Source: Bacillus subtilis subsp. subtilis str. 168
GTDB lineage: Bacteria > Bacillota > Bacilli > Bacillales > Bacillaceae
Reading direction: 5' to 3'
Length of the DNA stretch: 32,000 nucleotides
Assembly: GCF_000009045.1 (NCBI RefSeq)
Contig: NC_000964.3
Coordinates: 3,720,001-3,752,000, forward strand
In this document: positions 28,421-32,000 of the stretch, piece after piece
How the letters are laid out: every line of letters starts with the position of its first letter
Position numbering within the stretch: the stretch's first letter is position 1
Notes under the pieces: model-generated
What the model was told of the DNA's origin: nothing
What the model saw: the letters and a program-made list of their open reading frames with translations, nothing else
Database searches by the model: none
Translations under genes and position numbers: made by a program

Positions 28421-28702
28421 TTACGATTGCTGAACAGGCTCTCCTTCGAGAATTTCATCTTTTTTATATTTGAGCTTTGTCGCTTCTCCTCCTCTTAAAT
28501 GCCTGATGGATTTATGATAATCGAGTATTTCTTTCACTTCGTTTGCCAAGTCGGGGTTAATTTCAGGCAGACGCTCTGTTAAATCCTTGTGTACTGTACT
28601 TTTGGAAACACCAAATTCCTTCGCAATGACACGAACGGTTTTCTTTGTCTCCACGATGTACTTCCCTATCTTGATTGTTCGCTCTTTGATGTAATCGTGC
28701 AC
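28421..28702 (-). CDS. spoIIID: Sporulation transcriptional regulator SpoIIID
   Basis: 93 aa, GTG start; MHDYIKERTIKIGKYIVETKKTVRVIAKEFGVSKSTVHKDLTERLPEINPDLANEVKEIL. Confidence 0.97.
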   Translation of the reverse strand: MHDYIKERTIKIGKYIVETKKTVRVIAKEFGVSKSTVHKDLTERLPEINPDLANEVKEILDYHKSIRHLRGGEATKLKYKKDEILEGEPVQQS

Positions 28703-28716
28703 ACCACTCGACCTCC

Positions 28717-28827
28717 CTAAAATGGATGTGAGAAGTGTGAAATGAGATCCGTATTCTGTAAAGAGTCGTTCATTATGCCGCTTCTTCGTTGTATGGTTTT
28801 AAAAGTAAGTTTGTGAAATATGCCCAC
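28717..28827 (-). CDS. usd: Small leader ORF required for spoIIID expression
   Basis: 36 codons, GTG start: MGIFHKLTFKTIQRRSGIMNDSLQNTDLISHFSHPF, ending TAG inside the ggaggtcgagtg spoIIID RBS region. Missed by ORF track (length cutoff). Confidence 0.82.
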   Translation of the reverse strand: MGIFHKLTFKTIQRRSGIMNDSLQNTDLISHFSHPF

Positions 28828-29051
28828 GATCCCTCACCTCAAACACTCTCTTTGTTAGGTTTGTAACAGTGTATTAGCATTCTTTTGGGAATATGCTAAA
28901 AACTCAATAAGGACAAGGGGTGAAACGAACTTTTTCAGATTCAGCAAACTATTTCGCGTCACTAAATTTTCATCTTTACAACTATTGATCGCTCCTGTAA
29001 AATGAAATAAGCAATTAGTTACTTAGGTAAGTTTTTTAGAAGGAGACCGAC

Positions 29052-29465
29052 ATGTCCTACGTCAACAGACACCTCATTCATCAAATCAACCAAAGCGCCC
29101 GCCTGATTGCCAAGAAAGCCAATGAACAGCTAGAGCCATTCGGCCTTTATTCATCTCAATGGTCAGTTTTATATTGTTTGCGTACGATCGGACCAATGAC
29201 TCAAAAAGAGATTTGGTCCTATTTAAATGTGGAAGCGCCGACTGTGACTCGGACGATCAAACGCCTGGAGGAGAACGGCTGGGTTCAGAGACGGCAAGGT
29301 GAAGACAAACGGGAAAAACTTGTTGTCCTCACAAAAGAAGCCGAGAAAAAATACGAAGAAATCAATGTGAAAATGTTGAAATTCGAGGAAGAGCTGCTTG
29401 CAGATTTCCGGGATGAAGATAAAGAAGCTTTTTCTCATTTATTCCGCATGTTTTTACAACAATGA
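29052..29465 (+). CDS. ywoH: MarR-family transcriptional regulator
   Basis: 137 aa; SSQWSVLYCLRTIGPMTQKEIWSYLNVEAPTVTRTIKRLEENGWVQRRQGEDKREKLVVLT. Confidence 0.92.
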   Translation: MSYVNRHLIHQINQSARLIAKKANEQLEPFGLYSSQWSVLYCLRTIGPMTQKEIWSYLNVEAPTVTRTIKRLEENGWVQRRQGEDKREKLVVLTKEAEKKYEEINVKMLKFEEELLADFRDEDKEAFSHLFRMFLQQ

Positions 29466-29486
29466 AAATAAGGAAGTGACATACAT

Positions 29487-30677
29487 TTGAAAAAAGCGGA
29501 TGCGATATGGACCAAGGATTTTATTATGGTCCTGCTTGTCAATTTATTTGTGTTTGTGTTCTTTTATACATTTTTAACTGTATTGCCGATCTATACACTG
29601 CAAGAGCTTGGCGGCACAGAATCACAAGGCGGGCTTTTAATCAGCCTGTTCCTTCTGTCTGCGATCATTACACGGCCTTTCTCCGGAGCCATCGTTGAGC
29701 GTTTCGGGAAGAAAAGAATGGCGATTGTATCAATGGCGCTCTTCGCCCTATCATCTTTTCTGTATATGCCGATTCATAACTTTTCCCTGCTGCTCGGATT
29801 GCGGTTCTTCCAAGGGATTTGGTTCAGCATTTTAACGACTGTTACAGGTGCAATTGCCGCTGATATTATTCCAGCCAAACGGCGCGGTGAAGGGCTTGGA
29901 TACTTTGCCATGTCTATGAACCTCGCTATGGCGATCGGGCCTTTCCTTGGCCTGAATTTGATGAGAGTGGTAAGCTTTCCTGTATTCTTTACAGCCTTTG
30001 CGCTGTTTATGGTTGCGGGCTTACTTGTTTCGTTCTTGATAAAAGTGCCGCAAAGTAAGGACAGCGGCACGACTGTATTCCGTTTTGCGTTCTCGGATAT
30101 GTTTGAAAAGGGCGCACTCAAAATTGCGACGGTCGGTTTGTTTATTTCTTTCTGTTATTCAACAGTCACATCATATCTGTCTGTATTCGCCAAATCAGTT
30201 GACCTTTCGGATATCAGCGGATATTTCTTTGTTTGTTTTGCGGTGACAATGATGATTGCACGCCCGTTCACAGGGAAATTGTTCGACAAAGTCGGACCGG
30301 GCATTGTCATTTATCCATCAATCCTGATTTTCTCTGTCGGACTCTGCATGCTGTCCTTCACACATAGCGGCTTAATGCTTCTGCTTTCAGGGGCGGTTAT
30401 CGGTCTTGGCTACGGATCAATCGTTCCTTGCATGCAAACATTGGCGATTCAGAAATCTCCGGCTCACCGCTCCGGTTTTGCGACGGCAACGTTCTTTACC
30501 TTCTTTGACAGCGGAATTGCTGTAGGATCGTATGTATTCGGATTGTTTGTAGCATCTGCCGGCTTCTCTGCCATTTATTTAACAGCGGGGCTGTTCGTTT
30601 TAATTGCTCTGCTTCTCTACACGTGGAGCCAGAAAAAACCTGCAGAGGCTGAAGGAAAAGTGTCTATTGCAGAATAA
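29487..30677 (+). CDS. ywoG: Major facilitator superfamily efflux transporter
   Basis: 396 aa, about 12 TM segments, [20 protein letters not shown] motif A. Confidence 0.93.
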
Positions 30678-30683
30678 CTTGTC

Positions 30684-30714
30684 AGACTGCCGGGAAATCC
30701 CGGCAGTCTTTTTT
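30684..30714 (+). terminator. Terminator downstream of ywoG
   Basis: agactgccgggaaatcccggcagtcttttttc. Confidence 0.88.
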
Positions 30715-30726
30715 CCATTAAAACAC

Positions 30727-30762
30727 GGCGCCCTCTCGGTTGAACGAGAGAACGCCGCTTAT
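30727..30762 (-). terminator. Stem-loop downstream of ywoF
   Basis: cggcgccctctcggttgaacgagagaacgccg. Confidence 0.6.
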
Positions 30763-30767
30763 AGCAA

Positions 30768-32000
30768 TTATTCAATGACAGGCCGCGCAGGTGAATCAGG
30801 ATCTAACGAAAAATCATAGGACGCTTCATCACGAAACATCGGATCGGCATATATGGATTGTTGATCGTTTTTTGTTGCTTTTCGATACGAAGAAAATGAA
30901 TCATATTCTTTCTTTTTCCACATCCATATGCCGTCTTGATCCGCTTCCTTGTGGTACACGTTATGATTGACCGTATTACCTTCGTTTTCTGTAAAGTCGT
31001 TTCCGATAAATAATCTGGAATCACCGGCCGTCAATATATTCTTTTCAATTGTGTTGTTTTTCGTATCGTACTGCAGCAGCAGCTGTCCGCCGTACAGTCC
31101 CTTTGTGTCATTCCGGTACATAATATTGCGGGCAATCAGAGAATTGCTGGTGCCGCCCCGCTTTTTGTCATATCCTCCGATTGAAATACCGGTGTACGCA
31201 TTGTTGTACACTTTGTTGTCTGTGATCTGAATGGCATTTGCATACTTTCCTTTGTGTTCAGACGTTGCTTCAATCCCAATATCGTTATCGTAAACTGTGT
31301 TGTTCTTAATTTCGATATCGTGTCCTCCATCGACATAAATCCCGCCCGCTGAGTATTCATCTCCATAAGCAGGATTGCCGTAAGTCGAGTTTTGATAAAC
31401 TGTATTGTTTTCTACGACTCCGTTTCGCACGTAATCGTTTTTATCCGCGGTTCCCTCATAACCAATTAGATCAATCCCGATGTTATTATTGTTGCGGACC
31501 ACATTGCCTGCAACTGTGAAGCCGTCGATATTACCGTTCAGCACAACTGCTTCACTCGCTCCAAGCGTCAGTTTCTCAACTGTATTGTCCTCGATTCGGA
31601 TGTCTTTCATGCTGCCAGTCCCATAAACTGCGATTCCGTGAGCATTTCCTTCATCCGCTGTTGTCTTAATCCCCCGGATGTGATTATCCTTAATGGCGAT
31701 ATGACTGCTGGACCCTGATACATAAATCCCTATAGCAGTTGCTTCCTCAGATGAAACAGAAAGATCTTGAATTGTTAAACCGCTGATGGCAATGTCATGT
31801 TTATCGTGAATACGAATAAGCGGTGTTTCATATTCAGCGTTCGCAACGGATTCACCGCTAATCACGACGTTTTCATTTTCATAGTTTCGGAATGTGATAG
31901 GCTTTCCGTCCGTACCGCTGTGCTTTACATCAAGGGTCTCATGATACGTGCCCTCCCGAATCATGACAGTTGTGCCGGCAGCAGCCTTCTCAGATGCGTG
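30768..32000 (-). CDS. ywoF: Parallel beta-helix (pectate-lyase-like) repeat protein, N-terminus outside window
   Basis: Repeated coils (NNTVYQNSTYGN..., GIYVDGGHDIEIKNNTVYDND, GISIGGY). Open frame continues past the track Met at 31964 to the window edge (HASEKAAAGTTVMIREGTYHETLDVKH), so 31964 is not the true start. Confidence 0.88.
   Translation of the reverse strand, partial: HASEKAAAGTTVMIREGTYHETLDVKHSGTDGKPITFRNYENENVVISGESVANAEYETPLIRIHDKHDIAISGLTIQDLSVSSEEATAIGIYVSGSSSHIAIKDNHIRGIKTTADEGNAHGIAVYGTGSMKDIRIEDNTVEKLTLGASEAVVLNGNIDGFTVAGNVVRNNNNIGIDLIGYEGTADKNDYVRNGVVENNTVYQNSTYGNPAYGDEYSAGGIYVDGGHDIEIKNNTVYDNDIGIEATSEHKGKYANAIQITDNKVYNNAYTGISIGGYDKKRGGTSNSLIARNIMYRNDTKGLYGGQLLLQYDTKNNTIEKNILTAGDSRLFIGNDFTENEGNTVNHNVYHKEADQDGIWMWKKKEYDSFSSYRKATKNDQQSIYADPMFRDEASYDFSLDPDSPARPVIE

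Noticed and set aside
30768-31964. Start of ywoF at 31964
   Set aside because: The frame stays open and protein-like to the window edge, so this Met is internal; the true N-terminus lies outside the window.
1-32000. CRISPR arrays, IS elements, prophage genes, tRNA/rRNA
   Set aside because: No spaced direct-repeat arrays, transposase or integrase motifs, or tRNA/rRNA-like segments were seen on reading either strand. This was by eye; tools such as tRNAscan-SE, minced or ISfinder would be decisive.

Overview
This window is a stretch of Bacillus subtilis-type chromosome. Gene order and protein sequences match, from memory, the ywrD-ywqA-ywpA-mbl-spoIIID-ywoF region; no search was run. In order it carries: the 5' part of a gamma-glutamyltransferase; an Lrp/AsnC regulator with a split chromate transporter pair; an FMN reductase with a LysR regulator; a complete LXG polymorphic-toxin operon (ywqH-I-J-K) that also contains an endonuclease V gene; the bacterial tyrosine kinase cassette ywqC-D-E-F; a SWIM-protein/SNF2-helicase pair; a HAD phosphatase with glcR; ssbB, ywpG and ywpF; a degraded sortase/Cna_B-protein/REC-kinase locus (ywpE, ywpD); mscL; fabZ; rapD; flhO-flhP; mbl; the tiny usd leader ORF with spoIIID; a MarR/MFS pair; and a parallel beta-helix protein that runs off the right edge. 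I found no CRISPR array, tRNA, rRNA, IS element or prophage. The most interesting observations are: (1) the deaminase-toxin operon appears to end with endonuclease V, the enzyme that acts on deaminated nucleic acid; (2) a fossil deletion joint between a SpaA/Cna_B-type surface protein plus sortase and a REC-LytS-like kinase, including a protein fragment that is easy to miss; (3) a perfect 16-bp inverted repeat between the tyrosine kinase and its phosphatase; (4) small genes missed or mis-started by the ORF track (ywzD-like, usd). I saw no clear, wholly new system.
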